A DNA stretch of 64,000 bases from a virus. The stretch lies in IMG/VR virus record IMGVR_UViG_3300033048_000096; one strand, 5' to 3'. The notes under the pieces were generated by a model. That model was not told the origin of the DNA. It was given only the letters and a program-made list of their open reading frames with translations, and did no database searches. The position numbers and the translations under genes are program-made. Below, piece after piece: positions 29,301-38,341 of the stretch. Numbering within the stretch: position 1 is the first letter of the stretch; each line of letters starts with the position of its first letter.

Positions 29301-29821
29301 TCCGGATAATTAACTTTATCCAAAGCGCAAAGCCCAACGACTTGCTTTAACCTCTCATCATAATGAGTGTCTAGAATTATTCCCCTTACACCATCTACAG
29401 TATCAGACTTGTGATCAACACATAGGGGTCTTCCAATCCAATCCCTTGCGGCCTTCTTTAACTCAGACTCAGGAAAAATATCTCCATTATTATTTTTATG
29501 AGCTTTTACGTTGCCGTGCCACTTCCACTTTTCATCAAAATATCCCCAAGCATTATCTTTACCAACTTTCTTTAGATTTCCCTCTCCGTCGATTAACGAA
29601 GACTCTGCAGCCTTTAGAAAGATAATGCTGAAGTATAGAAAGTCGTCAGATTTCGGAGCAATAGTCTTTATTGTTTGTGCAAACTTATTTAATCTATTTA
29701 ATATATCTTCGCTAGCTAATTTGGTGTCAAACTCTGATGGACTTATTTCGCTTACCACGCTCATCTCTGTATGTCCAAATTTAACAATTTGCTTACTAAT
29801 CATACTTGCCCTCGATTTCAA
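26330..29821 (-). CDS. Prohead (maturation) protease fused to scaffold
   Basis: N-terminal NNNGDIFPESEL...GRPLCVDH...GIILD...SMGTAV..SICTECG...YCSHI...EYSLVVHPAEP protease-like domain; long acidic/coiled-coil C-terminus; between portal and MCP. Likely start MISKQ at 29803. Confidence 0.75.
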   Translation of the reverse strand: MKSRASMISKQIVKFGHTEMSVVSEISPSEFDTKLASEDILNRLNKFAQTIKTIAPKSDDFLYFSIIFLKAAESSLIDGEGNLKKVGKDNAWGYFDEKWKWHGNVKAHKNNNGDIFPESELKKAARDWIGRPLCVDHKSDTVDGVRGIILDTHYDERLKQVVGLCALDKVNYPDLARKVSTGVVRYGSMGTAVATSICTECGKPATTPKEYCSHIMTRQAWGEINVGLSPIEYSLVVHPAEPGSILLRCFASINKHKEELSSYGVDLDLKKLSAKEVNNLDLLLNSVCSAGSCSLEQRERIVKGYLSTGGFTKSASKKNAQDRNELAKAMADFASATGKTMEQAPELFRSFFSDELIAGDDLSDPLGEVFTSGENASGGDTITMKDDGDVSDYTGTGSSGLVAGVSEPNPDSFKGDGVGPENYAFSQEKINDKIKLSSITEDIMNESRLRKRAALRRRLAYPQGGAAPASEPSTYKDEGALQKKIREQDDKQMHANPTNLGGPDGMVPGDKEIKEKQLRAEDKNVATEKRAYYFGGAAPSVEPSTFTSEDYHKYWDSDKHMLQTGNMGGDKGMFPGDDAIKQLQKRSKYKGPSLSTKFKQKRALDGSINKAASGFEVYSGGKLVIATTAKNIFGKNLEANWEFLKSTDYAKAVVAAIREDGIGFVGYNLTRTAQDLGAEMPGAELGAELPPAPMEEAPLDMGEELPVEGEELESEGTPKSEIEDSLLAMEDTIEQIRSALGDLGDSDGDVTINVGEGVDMPDMPEESMKLSSTIFGQLKIVLAEAKDSADELALIAETYERYGKLSSTQRRDLKGLSGAALRDFSTIVGQSKALVSMANTISTSMVKVSEYTESAAIVTPAKAPVSGESELIASAMKLRKQRRQELLKKAQARLRANGMDLENGDEASEAYADDKEVEGDEARENEAHDGIGMKENAQVSGVTTDMAEDIANKNPTGGEHKPAPSHGNQDANQYDSYPSTPSRQVAEKSVTSVQQHAADDGRLQNSAEDDLSAKEREEVEEVAEEEVDKHEESLHDKESDAADQLSSVQSKLNKSFLYKKAEDERDAYKIRLRRAYDVAMEMQRKGMLAGTRPALNRQVDNMMDFDDKAFESFKRSVASFTGHTSVKIASDVTGLNIGVTDEPGQNSTNRDGINHKTLASMWD

Positions 29822-29865
29822 GATTATACAATCTTATTAGTTGTTTTAAAATTTTGTGTAAAAAA

Positions 29866-31713
29866 TTAATCAGATAATATAAGTAATCCTAAAATATCTG
29901 AATTTATATATTCCATGCCCCGATCTATCGAAGAGTGTAAGTCTTCAATAACTCTCTCGTACTCATCAACCTTTTCTGACAAGACCTTATGAAAGTCGCC
30001 TGACTCAATTTCATCAATAAGATCGAATATAGCTTCTATTGAATCCGAAGCTGTTTTGGCCGAATTAGCTAGCCCATCTATAATCTCTGATGTTGTTGAG
30101 ATATCTTTAATTTCATTAAATATCTTTATGGCGTCACGTATCTTAATTAAATAATTTCTAACTATCCTCGTGTTACTCCTGACAGACTGGTTGTACTGAC
30201 CCTTACTTCTTGTTACCGCGCCCGAATCGGCTTTTATCTTATCATATTCCACTAGATTCTTTTTCATATTATCCAGGGATGTATCAGACAATTCTTTGGC
30301 CGCATCTAATAACTTATATACTCTTTTCGCGCGGCTTTTTACAGAGTCCGGGACCGGAGTGCCTGCTCTTTTAAGAAGGCTCTTGTCACTAAATACTTTT
30401 ATATCTACATTTCCGCACGCAATCTTTATGGCACCAACAACATCATAAGCGTCAGAATCTTTTGAAACTTTAATTACTTCCATATTAATCGGCTCCCCAA
30501 ACTGAAGACTTAGTCTGGCGCAAACCATTGACTTTAGATATTCGGGATTAGGTGATCTTGTTACCACGATCACTCTTGAGTTAGATTTCGAGGCAGCTTT
30601 TCTGACCTCATTAAATATCTTTGTTGCGTTGTTAATTATTTTTTTATCATTAAGGAAATATGAAAAACTCTTATTCAGGCTAGCTAGTATGGATTCATTA
30701 CTTTCTATACCATTTGACATTATCTCATATAGATGAACATCTCTGTATATTTCATTGCCGTCCGATGTCTTATCTATAGATACGGCATGGCCATCTATTC
30801 TTATGAATGGAATATCTTCATCAGAACATTCTGAAGTCTTATATACTCTAACAGTAGGCGAATCCTCTATCATTCCGTCAAAATCAAATGCATATACACT
30901 TCTGTTATCAGAGTGTGTGAACTTACTTACCAGATCCGATATTAAGTGATCCTCGCTAGCTACTTTTTCAAACTTGTCATTTACCGACAATATGGGGTAT
31001 CCCTTCCAGTTATGAAACCCCGGCCTAAAAGTATTTGAATACTGAACAATTATATCCCTCCTGATACCAAGTTTGCTTGATATTTTATTAAGAGCACTTA
31101 CACTAGATAATTCAGAATCTTTTCCATGTGATATATCAACACTATGTCCGACGCTTATTCCTAGCCTATCAGAAAGGCCTCCAGCGATCTCTAATACATT
31201 TTTAACATTAGCACAGCCAAATGTTCCTAAAGTTCCAGGCTTTATATCTTTATATATTTTTTTAATCTTATCGTCACCATCGATGAACACTATATCTATA
31301 GGGAAAGATACCGTCCCCATATGGTAAATGACGTCTTCAGGATTGTTATAAGGGAAAATTAACCCGGCCGTATCGGCTAACCCAGAATAAGGCTGGAGGC
31401 CCGATACCTTGTCTTTAAATGTATTAGCTATGTTGCATGCGAAGTTTGCCAATATACCTTCGTCATCCGACACCTCCACACTTGCTTTCTCGCTACCATT
31501 ATCGTCAGCCAGAGAAACATCTTCGACGGGACTTATCATTCCGTTTTCGTACGTCACTGAACTGGCCTGATCATCTAATACAGACTTGTCAGGAACTAAA
31601 CCGTCTGACGGTTGATGACTCTCTTCTATTCTGTCTTTGTAGCTTCCATCAGGAGAGCCTGAGCCCATCTCATGCTCAGTGCTACCGATCCACGGCCATG
31701 CGATTTTTTTCAT
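29866..31713 (-). CDS. DUF192 + HAD-like + coiled-coil fusion protein
   Basis: IANT..DKVSGL...GLIFPY...YHMGTVSFPIDIVFID...VLEIAGG (DUF192); VYAFDFDG...VIVVTRS (HAD motifs I/II). Start MKKIAW at 31713. Confidence 0.65.
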   Translation of the reverse strand: MKKIAWPWIGSTEHEMGSGSPDGSYKDRIEESHQPSDGLVPDKSVLDDQASSVTYENGMISPVEDVSLADDNGSEKASVEVSDDEGILANFACNIANTFKDKVSGLQPYSGLADTAGLIFPYNNPEDVIYHMGTVSFPIDIVFIDGDDKIKKIYKDIKPGTLGTFGCANVKNVLEIAGGLSDRLGISVGHSVDISHGKDSELSSVSALNKISSKLGIRRDIIVQYSNTFRPGFHNWKGYPILSVNDKFEKVASEDHLISDLVSKFTHSDNRSVYAFDFDGMIEDSPTVRVYKTSECSDEDIPFIRIDGHAVSIDKTSDGNEIYRDVHLYEIMSNGIESNESILASLNKSFSYFLNDKKIINNATKIFNEVRKAASKSNSRVIVVTRSPNPEYLKSMVCARLSLQFGEPINMEVIKVSKDSDAYDVVGAIKIACGNVDIKVFSDKSLLKRAGTPVPDSVKSRAKRVYKLLDAAKELSDTSLDNMKKNLVEYDKIKADSGAVTRSKGQYNQSVRSNTRIVRNYLIKIRDAIKIFNEIKDISTTSEIIDGLANSAKTASDSIEAIFDLIDEIESGDFHKVLSEKVDEYERVIEDLHSSIDRGMEYINSDILGLLILSD

Positions 31714-31714
31714 A

Positions 31715-32002
31715 TTATAACCCCTTATTAAGCTCGTCAATAACCGTTTTTATAAAATAAGGATCTCGACCATTTAAAATATTCTTAACCAAACTTATAC
31801 TGGTCCCTATATAAGAGCCTCCGGGCTGATTCTTTGAGGACATATCGGGTATGTTTAATTCGAGAAATTTTCTTTTCAAATTAGGATAAGCACTTTGCTG
31901 AGAGTCAATCGACATTCTACCAATCATAACATCTATTATGTCACGTATTTGATTTGCTACAAATTTAGGATCATGTGGAAATCCACGAGCTTCTTTTTTC
32001 AT
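31715..32002 (-). CDS. Hypothetical head-module protein
   Basis: 95 aa beginning MKKEA. Confidence 0.6.
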   Translation of the reverse strand: MKKEARGFPHDPKFVANQIRDIIDVMIGRMSIDSQQSAYPNLKRKFLELNIPDMSSKNQPGGSYIGTSISLVKNILNGRDPYFIKTVIDELNKGL

Positions 32003-32006
32003 TTTA

Positions 32007-32531
32007 TTACTCGGAAAGATACTGATCAGCTCTTGTTAGAGTTTTCTTGTAGGCTGATTCTTTTGATTTATTTAAGTTACCATTTTTCATGTGCTCAAGG
32101 ACCAATGTTCTGCTATATATTTTCGCTAGCTTCTTCAAAACTTCATTCGTGTTAACTATCTCCGCATTATTAACTTTTATCATTAATTGATTAAACAAAT
32201 CGGTATAGTTGATCTTATTTGATTGGGCAAATTTATTAATTAAAAAATCAGCAAAACCTGCGAAAGCTTCCTCGCCAGAATTATCCATCTCGTCCCCTAG
32301 CGTAACCAAAAGATCCATGATATTTTTATCTAATGTCATCTCACCACTATCAAACTCGTAAGTATCATAAATGTCCGGATCTGTATGATCGAAGTCCGAA
32401 GTCATTTCTGTCAAACCAAATCCTCTACCTCCTGATTCCGTCGCGGTCTCTTTATCGACTAAATCAGTGGAAGGACCAGTTACCTGAGCCTCCTCTCCAG
32501 GCTTAGCTACACTATAAGAAGCTTTGTTCAC
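32007..32531 (-). CDS. Hypothetical head-module protein with helix-G-helix module
   Basis: IMDLLVTLGDEMDNSGEEAFAGFADFLINKFA. Confidence 0.6.
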   Translation of the reverse strand: MNKASYSVAKPGEEAQVTGPSTDLVDKETATESGGRGFGLTEMTSDFDHTDPDIYDTYEFDSGEMTLDKNIMDLLVTLGDEMDNSGEEAFAGFADFLINKFAQSNKINYTDLFNQLMIKVNNAEIVNTNEVLKKLAKIYSRTLVLEHMKNGNLNKSKESAYKKTLTRADQYLSE

Positions 32532-32731
32532 TCACTCCTCCTTACTTTACCAAACTCTTTGCTAGTCACTTGATCAGACAAAGAATAAAGTTTATAAGGT
32601 TTCTTGGGCTTGTAACCAGCGACAATCTCTTGTGCAGAAAATTCCTTACCAGAAGCGTCAATATATCTAGACTGAGTTCCTGACGCATTAGCGCTCTTTA
32701 CAAACTCTTTATCTTTATTATCTTTTGACAT
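32528..32731 (-). CDS. Small hypothetical protein
   Basis: 67 aa, GAGG RBS, GTGA overlap. Confidence 0.55.
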   Translation of the reverse strand: MSKDNKDKEFVKSANASGTQSRYIDASGKEFSAQEIVAGYKPKKPYKLYSLSDQVTSKEFGKVRRSE

Positions 32732-32799
32732 ATATATACCTCTATCATTTAGATGTTAAATTACCAGATAGGAACCGCTCACTAGGGCCCTACAGGGGG

Positions 32800-34578
32800 T
32801 TAACCGGGTGGTCCGCCTTCCGGTAGTTCAGGAGGCATGTCACCGCCTAAGTCGCCCCCTCCTAAGCCTCCTGGACCTCCTGGGTCCATAGGCGGACCAC
32901 TACCGCCTGACATTCCTGGAAGCTCTAAGCCCATGTCATCTCCGGATTCACTATCCATACCCGGTAATCCCCCTGAACCACTGTCAGGTGGTTCAGGTAT
33001 TATTCCGTCAGCATCTAGATTCTCCAACTCTCTTAATCTCATTGATTGAAGTGACTCCAATTCCTTAGTTCTAATTACCTCATCAATAGCTTCTTCTCGT
33101 AGTCTACGCTTTTCTTCTTCGTAACTCAAGTCTAAGCTTCTATATAACGTCTGCAATGAAACTTGCTTATTGGATACGAAATTACTTACTCCCTGAACGT
33201 AATCATTCATGTCATATAAATTCATGTGATTGAAGTCAATCGTCGGAACTAATAATACTTTTTGACCATCTTTAAATTCGAAGAAATCTTGCATTTCGCA
33301 TATTGGTGCAAATATTTTTTGCTCTAACCACTTCTTTATCATATTTCTAAATATATCATACCTCTGCCTGAGAACCTCTAAACCTATTGACGAACTGGCG
33401 TACGAAGCAGATTCCTGATCCATTAAGGCTTTTGGAACCATCAAGCCTGTGTAAAGATTGTTCATGATTAACTCTATATCAGAAGATATATCAAGCACAC
33501 CTCCCGAATAACCAACCCTCTCTATGGTGACTCCATCATGAGTAACGATCTTGAAATCCTTGTCATACTGCGACTCTTCCAAAACGCTTCTCATTTCTTC
33601 TATGTCAGATTGAGTCGGCCTATAATCATTTCCGTTTCCTAATTTAACTAAAGTAAGGGGATTGATCATGCTGTCAGCTTGGGCAAACTTAGACTCTCTA
33701 AGCTTATCATAAAGCATTAAATCTTTATATATAGATACAATTACAGAAGTTCCTCTAACGTCATACGGAGAACTCAATAATTTCAAGTGTGATACATTTA
33801 TGTTATCCAAAGGTATTGACTGACCTTTCTTTACGGCATCAATTATATGCCTGGGTAATCTTCTCTTAAGCTTTAGATCTGAAGGTGAATTAGAATTAAC
33901 CAACCTACCTAGAGCGGCATCTGGCTTTAATGATATTATAGTCTGGTCACCTATTGCCGCTTTCTTAACATGAACAAAGTCTGGATTAAGAATTGTTATT
34001 CGTTTCCAGGAACCAGTTTCTTTATCTAACTCTGCGTAAGGAAACACCTCACCCATTTTCCAGAACTCCAACGAAGCTCCGTAAACGACTGAATACAGAT
34101 CAAGCTCTTCTGCCATCTGAAGGAAATATTCTTGAACTTCTTTTACGGGATGACTTATATTTATTTTGCTTATCGGGAATGATGCATGCAAGTTTATAGC
34201 ATTTCTTACGATCGGATGTGTATCGTAAAATATTCTGTTCCACGCATTCATCGTGACACGGTCTCTTGGGAGGTTTAAATTCGCTAACTGGAATAATGGA
34301 GAATATACTTCCGGACCCATCATATCAGATAAACCCTTCGTTGTAGGTAACGTTGAAGCTCCGCCCATAGCTCTCTTCGTCATCAAACCCCTATAAGCCG
34401 AACTATGAGATACAACCGAATGTCTGCTGCCACCAACTCGCTCTTCATCATTAACCCTTTCCGTTTCCGCATCTTGAATTTGGGCTCTTCTTAATCCTGA
34501 TAACTTCTTGAAACCATCTTTGGATAACGAATCGCTAATATTACTGATGATTTTACTCTCTTTTCTTCTGTTTTTCAC
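32800..34578 (-). CDS. Portal protein
   Basis: FYDTHPIVRNAINLHA...FWKMGEVFPY...ITILNPDFV...YDVRGTSVI...NPLTLVKLG...GLMVPKALM; Gly/Pro-rich tail; directly downstream of terminase. Confidence 0.85.
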   Translation of the reverse strand: MKNRRKESKIISNISDSLSKDGFKKLSGLRRAQIQDAETERVNDEERVGGSRHSVVSHSSAYRGLMTKRAMGGASTLPTTKGLSDMMGPEVYSPLFQLANLNLPRDRVTMNAWNRIFYDTHPIVRNAINLHASFPISKINISHPVKEVQEYFLQMAEELDLYSVVYGASLEFWKMGEVFPYAELDKETGSWKRITILNPDFVHVKKAAIGDQTIISLKPDAALGRLVNSNSPSDLKLKRRLPRHIIDAVKKGQSIPLDNINVSHLKLLSSPYDVRGTSVIVSIYKDLMLYDKLRESKFAQADSMINPLTLVKLGNGNDYRPTQSDIEEMRSVLEESQYDKDFKIVTHDGVTIERVGYSGGVLDISSDIELIMNNLYTGLMVPKALMDQESASYASSSIGLEVLRQRYDIFRNMIKKWLEQKIFAPICEMQDFFEFKDGQKVLLVPTIDFNHMNLYDMNDYVQGVSNFVSNKQVSLQTLYRSLDLSYEEEKRRLREEAIDEVIRTKELESLQSMRLRELENLDADGIIPEPPDSGSGGLPGMDSESGDDMGLELPGMSGGSGPPMDPGGPGGLGGGDLGGDMPPELPEGGPPG

Positions 34579-34585
34579 TTTTGCC

Positions 34586-36367
34586 TCACATTTTAAGTCT
34601 AGGTGCGTAAGCTAATGAAGGCCTTGGCATTGTAGATTTCGTCTTCTTGCCAGGCTTAAGGGTAAACCTTTCTGTTGAGTCAAATTTCCAAGCCATATAT
34701 GCATACATTAAAGCCATTAACCCATCATTAGGTGTCGTGCCCTTAACGTATGTTTTTACTTGTTGACCCCCACCCTTTATGCGAATAGATGTACCCATAG
34801 AGGTGCAGTGATCAATTAACCATTCCACATGCTCATAGCTCTTCCACGGAAATCTTATTTTACCCTTTCTTATTTTATCAAACAATTCCTCAATCATAAG
34901 ATCTTTATTGTACGAAACCATTAGCTCATCTTCTCTGTATTTTAAAGGGTTTAGTAAAGCTCCGCTTCCCTGTGCCCCAAGTAACCTATCACCCATTCCG
35001 GCCTGTATATCTCTAACAACATCCTGACCGAAGAAGAAATCTGATACCCCCTGTTTTATACCGAATCTCTTATACATTTCCAAGACTGTTTCTTTTTTAT
35101 ATCCAAAACTTCTCTCTCTAAGCTTATGTGCGTGCTCAACCAGTAGAGTTCCGTCTCCTGCGTCCGAAAGAATAACGACGCACGAATATGACTGTCCTCG
35201 GCCATCTTTCTCAACCTTATCCCCCCAGTCAACACCTAAATATGTGTTCTTATCTCGGGAACTTATACGCCGCGAAAAACTCCTGTCAGGATCTTTACAG
35301 TACATCTCGATTTGAGTTCTTGTTAATGGCATGCCTACACCGGCATAAAACTCGCCAACAACTTCGTTATTCCAAACTCGCTCAGATTGATTTGGATTAT
35401 TTTCCGGCATTAGATCATTTATGTATTCCCTATTTAGATTCGGAATATAAAGCTGATTAATATGAAAACCAACATACTTGCAGTCATCTGGATTTCTGGA
35501 AGGAACCCACTTACCTAGCTCAATGGCATCAACCTTCTTGCTTATAGCCCCACAATGAGGACACCTAAAATCATATCCCTTAATCCATATATCTTTCCAA
35601 CCATCATCCTCGGGTTGATAAAATGGGTACGTACCTTTACACCCTACACATCCTAAATGATAATACCTCTGATCAGACATGTTCCAGGTTGTCTCAAACC
35701 AACTTCCTTTCTCCTTGGGCGTCCCGAAATATACCTGCACACCTTTTCCGTTTTGACCATACTTTGCGGCAGTCAATGTCTTTGTGGTGTTACCTATCCC
35801 AATTGCTGTCATATCCTGACACTCATCAAAGAAGGATATGTCAATCGTCATACCACGCGTCCTATCACCTTCGGCACCTATGCTTTCGATCCATAGGGTT
35901 CCTGTCTTGAACTGTTTCATCGTCAGGTTATCAACGGCGGTTGGCCCCACTAACTTATTCTTATTTATAAAGTCATCCTTTGCGCTTCTTATTAAACCTT
36001 CCAACTTGTCTTGCGTAAATCTCTTAACCATAGCTAATGCTGGGAACAAATGAGCTACGCGTATCGGGGGGTTGGTAAATAAACCGCTATTAGTGAAGTA
36101 TAGGTCTAACGCTCCAGCCATCATTGTGGCGCCCACCTGCCGGCCTTTCTTTATCACAACTGGCTTACCGTTTTTTCTAGAAGCTTGCAGAGCTATATAC
36201 CTATAGACATCCGCCATGAATTTCCACCCATTCCCTATAACACTGAAAGGCTCACCATCGAGAGTTAAATTGTTCTCGATAAAATGAGCCGGATCGTAGT
36301 CCAAAAAACTGGTCTTTACTTTGCTAAATAACTTTCTTTCTTCATTCTTTAAATTTTTCTGAGCCAT
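34586..36367 (-). CDS. terL: Terminase large subunit (lambda gpA-like, with zinc ribbon)
   Basis: Walker A VIKKGRQVGAT, Walker B FFDECQD, FGTP motif, CVGC...CPHC, nuclease YLGVDWG. Confidence 0.9.
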   Translation of the reverse strand: MAQKNLKNEERKLFSKVKTSFLDYDPAHFIENNLTLDGEPFSVIGNGWKFMADVYRYIALQASRKNGKPVVIKKGRQVGATMMAGALDLYFTNSGLFTNPPIRVAHLFPALAMVKRFTQDKLEGLIRSAKDDFINKNKLVGPTAVDNLTMKQFKTGTLWIESIGAEGDRTRGMTIDISFFDECQDMTAIGIGNTTKTLTAAKYGQNGKGVQVYFGTPKEKGSWFETTWNMSDQRYYHLGCVGCKGTYPFYQPEDDGWKDIWIKGYDFRCPHCGAISKKVDAIELGKWVPSRNPDDCKYVGFHINQLYIPNLNREYINDLMPENNPNQSERVWNNEVVGEFYAGVGMPLTRTQIEMYCKDPDRSFSRRISSRDKNTYLGVDWGDKVEKDGRGQSYSCVVILSDAGDGTLLVEHAHKLRERSFGYKKETVLEMYKRFGIKQGVSDFFFGQDVVRDIQAGMGDRLLGAQGSGALLNPLKYREDELMVSYNKDLMIEELFDKIRKGKIRFPWKSYEHVEWLIDHCTSMGTSIRIKGGGQQVKTYVKGTTPNDGLMALMYAYMAWKFDSTERFTLKPGKKTKSTMPRPSLAYAPRLKM

Positions 36368-36375
36368 TACTATCC

Positions 36376-37011
36376 TTAGGATAAATTTGGTTCCGCATGA
36401 TTATAATATTCCGCCACAGAATCTTCAGCATCTCTTTCTTGATGCTTAGAACTATCAGAGGGAATATATGAAACTAAACTACTGAAACTATCATCATGCG
36501 CACCAAGTAAGTCTTTTACGTAGCCAATTAATTTACCTTTATCTATCTTACTCTCTAAATCATTATATCTTAAACCATCCTCCTGCTTGCAACGAGAGAT
36601 TACGGTGGATGCGTCCAAGTGAGGCTCATGCTGAACCATATCTTTAATGTATGTTAAAATGTTTCTCATTAATTCCACATCTCTATGCGGATGAGCCATG
36701 GCTGTTTTTATAGAACAAGCGCAAGAAGAACTTGAATGCTTACACTCGCATCTATTTAATGCCATTTTTTCATTGCTTACTTTCTCCATTTCATTAACAA
36801 TCTTTATTGTTAAATCAAAACCAAGTCTTTCTCTGAAATCAGCCATCTTCTCATCTATACTGCCGAATTTCTTATCCTTATGTATCTTGTTAAGATATTC
36901 CCTTAGATAATCAATGTTTTGTGCATTTTTATCCAGATCGTGAGCAAATTCGTATAACCACATCGCGGTTATTTTACTCTTTTCGTTTAAGCTATGTCTT
37001 TTAATTTTCAT
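36376..37011 (-). CDS. Hypothetical head-module protein
   Basis: 211 aa; DKNA, EKVS, EKMA, IKTA motifs. Confidence 0.6.
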   Translation of the reverse strand: MKIKRHSLNEKSKITAMWLYEFAHDLDKNAQNIDYLREYLNKIHKDKKFGSIDEKMADFRERLGFDLTIKIVNEMEKVSNEKMALNRCECKHSSSSCACSIKTAMAHPHRDVELMRNILTYIKDMVQHEPHLDASTVISRCKQEDGLRYNDLESKIDKGKLIGYVKDLLGAHDDSFSSLVSYIPSDSSKHQERDAEDSVAEYYNHAEPNLS

Positions 37012-37020
37012 AATTATTCC

Positions 37021-38064
37021 TTATGCAAAGTAATTCTTCATAAAATCAACTCCCTCACCATCACCGTCATTATCAGATTCGCCTATAGAACCTCTATCCT
37101 TGAAAATAGGCTGGCCCATATCCATAAGAATTTGCAAAATAGCCAACTCTTCTCTGTCAGTAAATTTATACTTCTTCTTTAGGAACTCATAAACATCCTC
37201 AAAAGGTTTTCCGGCGGATACTACCGAGTTAATTATCATGCCTGTTATTGCTCGCTCCCATGGAGTCATTATGAGCTGAATCTGCGCAGTACCTGCTTCC
37301 TTCTTTATGCTAACAGAACCGGTTCCGCCCTTCTTGTGCCTTTTGTTAAGCTTTTTAATATGTTCTTTTAAGGTAACCATATCTCTTATCATATTGACTC
37401 TTATACCTTCTAGGGTCGGTAGATCCAATGCATCATTCTTGTCACTTCTTAATGCTTCGGATATCTCCTTATTTCTGTGAGTCAAGAATAAAATAGCTCT
37501 CTCGCATCCCAATGTAGAGCTTCCGTCATGGGCGGGAATTCCGTCGGGATATGCCGTCTTAATATACTCCATGAAATGGGAGGGGTCTCTGTCGTTAATC
37601 CAGTCAGTTACTTTATCCGCAACCTCTTCTTTAACTTCACTATCCTTATTGTCATCAACATAGTCCGTAGCACCAGGTAATCTAAATGAACTTGGAGAAT
37701 CTATTGTCTCATCGCTCTCGGTGCCTGGAAGACCAAAACTTCCGCTCATATCAAAAGTCTCATCAGACTCCTTATTTTTTTCGCCAGACTCTCCCTCGAT
37801 AAATTCAATCATATCATCTAAGCTGCCTTTATCACCAACATCATCTAACGGCAATATTAAAACCTCAGGCTCAGAGCAGCTCTCTTCATCTTCATCTTCA
37901 TCTTCGAACATATGCTCATCGAAGGTTATGATCAAAGGGCTGTCACCACCTGGGAACCCATGATCTTTGTCAGAGATAGAACCTAAATTAAATTCCTGCG
38001 CAGTCTTGCTCTGCTCAATATACTCTGTAACAATAACTTTTGACATCACTCTTCTCCTATCCAT
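37021..38064 (-). CDS. Hypothetical acidic head-module protein
   Basis: 347 aa (likely start MSKVIV at 38046, AGGAG RBS); SKTA, IKKEA motifs. Confidence 0.6.
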   Translation of the reverse strand: MDRRRVMSKVIVTEYIEQSKTAQEFNLGSISDKDHGFPGGDSPLIITFDEHMFEDEDEDEESCSEPEVLILPLDDVGDKGSLDDMIEFIEGESGEKNKESDETFDMSGSFGLPGTESDETIDSPSSFRLPGATDYVDDNKDSEVKEEVADKVTDWINDRDPSHFMEYIKTAYPDGIPAHDGSSTLGCERAILFLTHRNKEISEALRSDKNDALDLPTLEGIRVNMIRDMVTLKEHIKKLNKRHKKGGTGSVSIKKEAGTAQIQLIMTPWERAITGMIINSVVSAGKPFEDVYEFLKKKYKFTDREELAILQILMDMGQPIFKDRGSIGESDNDGDGEGVDFMKNYFA

Positions 38065-38338
38065 AAAAACTTGTAAGTAACCCGGTCCATGTTCTGCTTA
38101 TATTATCATCTACGTATTCTGACTCGTTAAACTGCCCTTGTAATGGCTTGGCAGAGTCACCAACATACACCCTGGGGTACAAAGGACTACCACTTAAAGG
38201 AATATTAACAGAAGATTCTTCGTCATCAATCTCATACTCTTCGGGGTCATATTCGCCCTCCTCTTCGTACGCAATGATTTCGTCATCAAGATAATTTTTA
38301 AAATGTTTTTTGTTCATAATATTATTCATAAATATCAA
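38057..38338 (-). CDS. Small acidic hypothetical protein
   Basis: 93 aa within the operon. Confidence 0.5.
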   Translation of the reverse strand: MIFMNNIMNKKHFKNYLDDEIIAYEEEGEYDPEEYEIDDEESSVNIPLSGSPLYPRVYVGDSAKPLQGQFNESEYVDDNISRTWTGLLTSFYG

Positions 38339-38341
38339 CAG

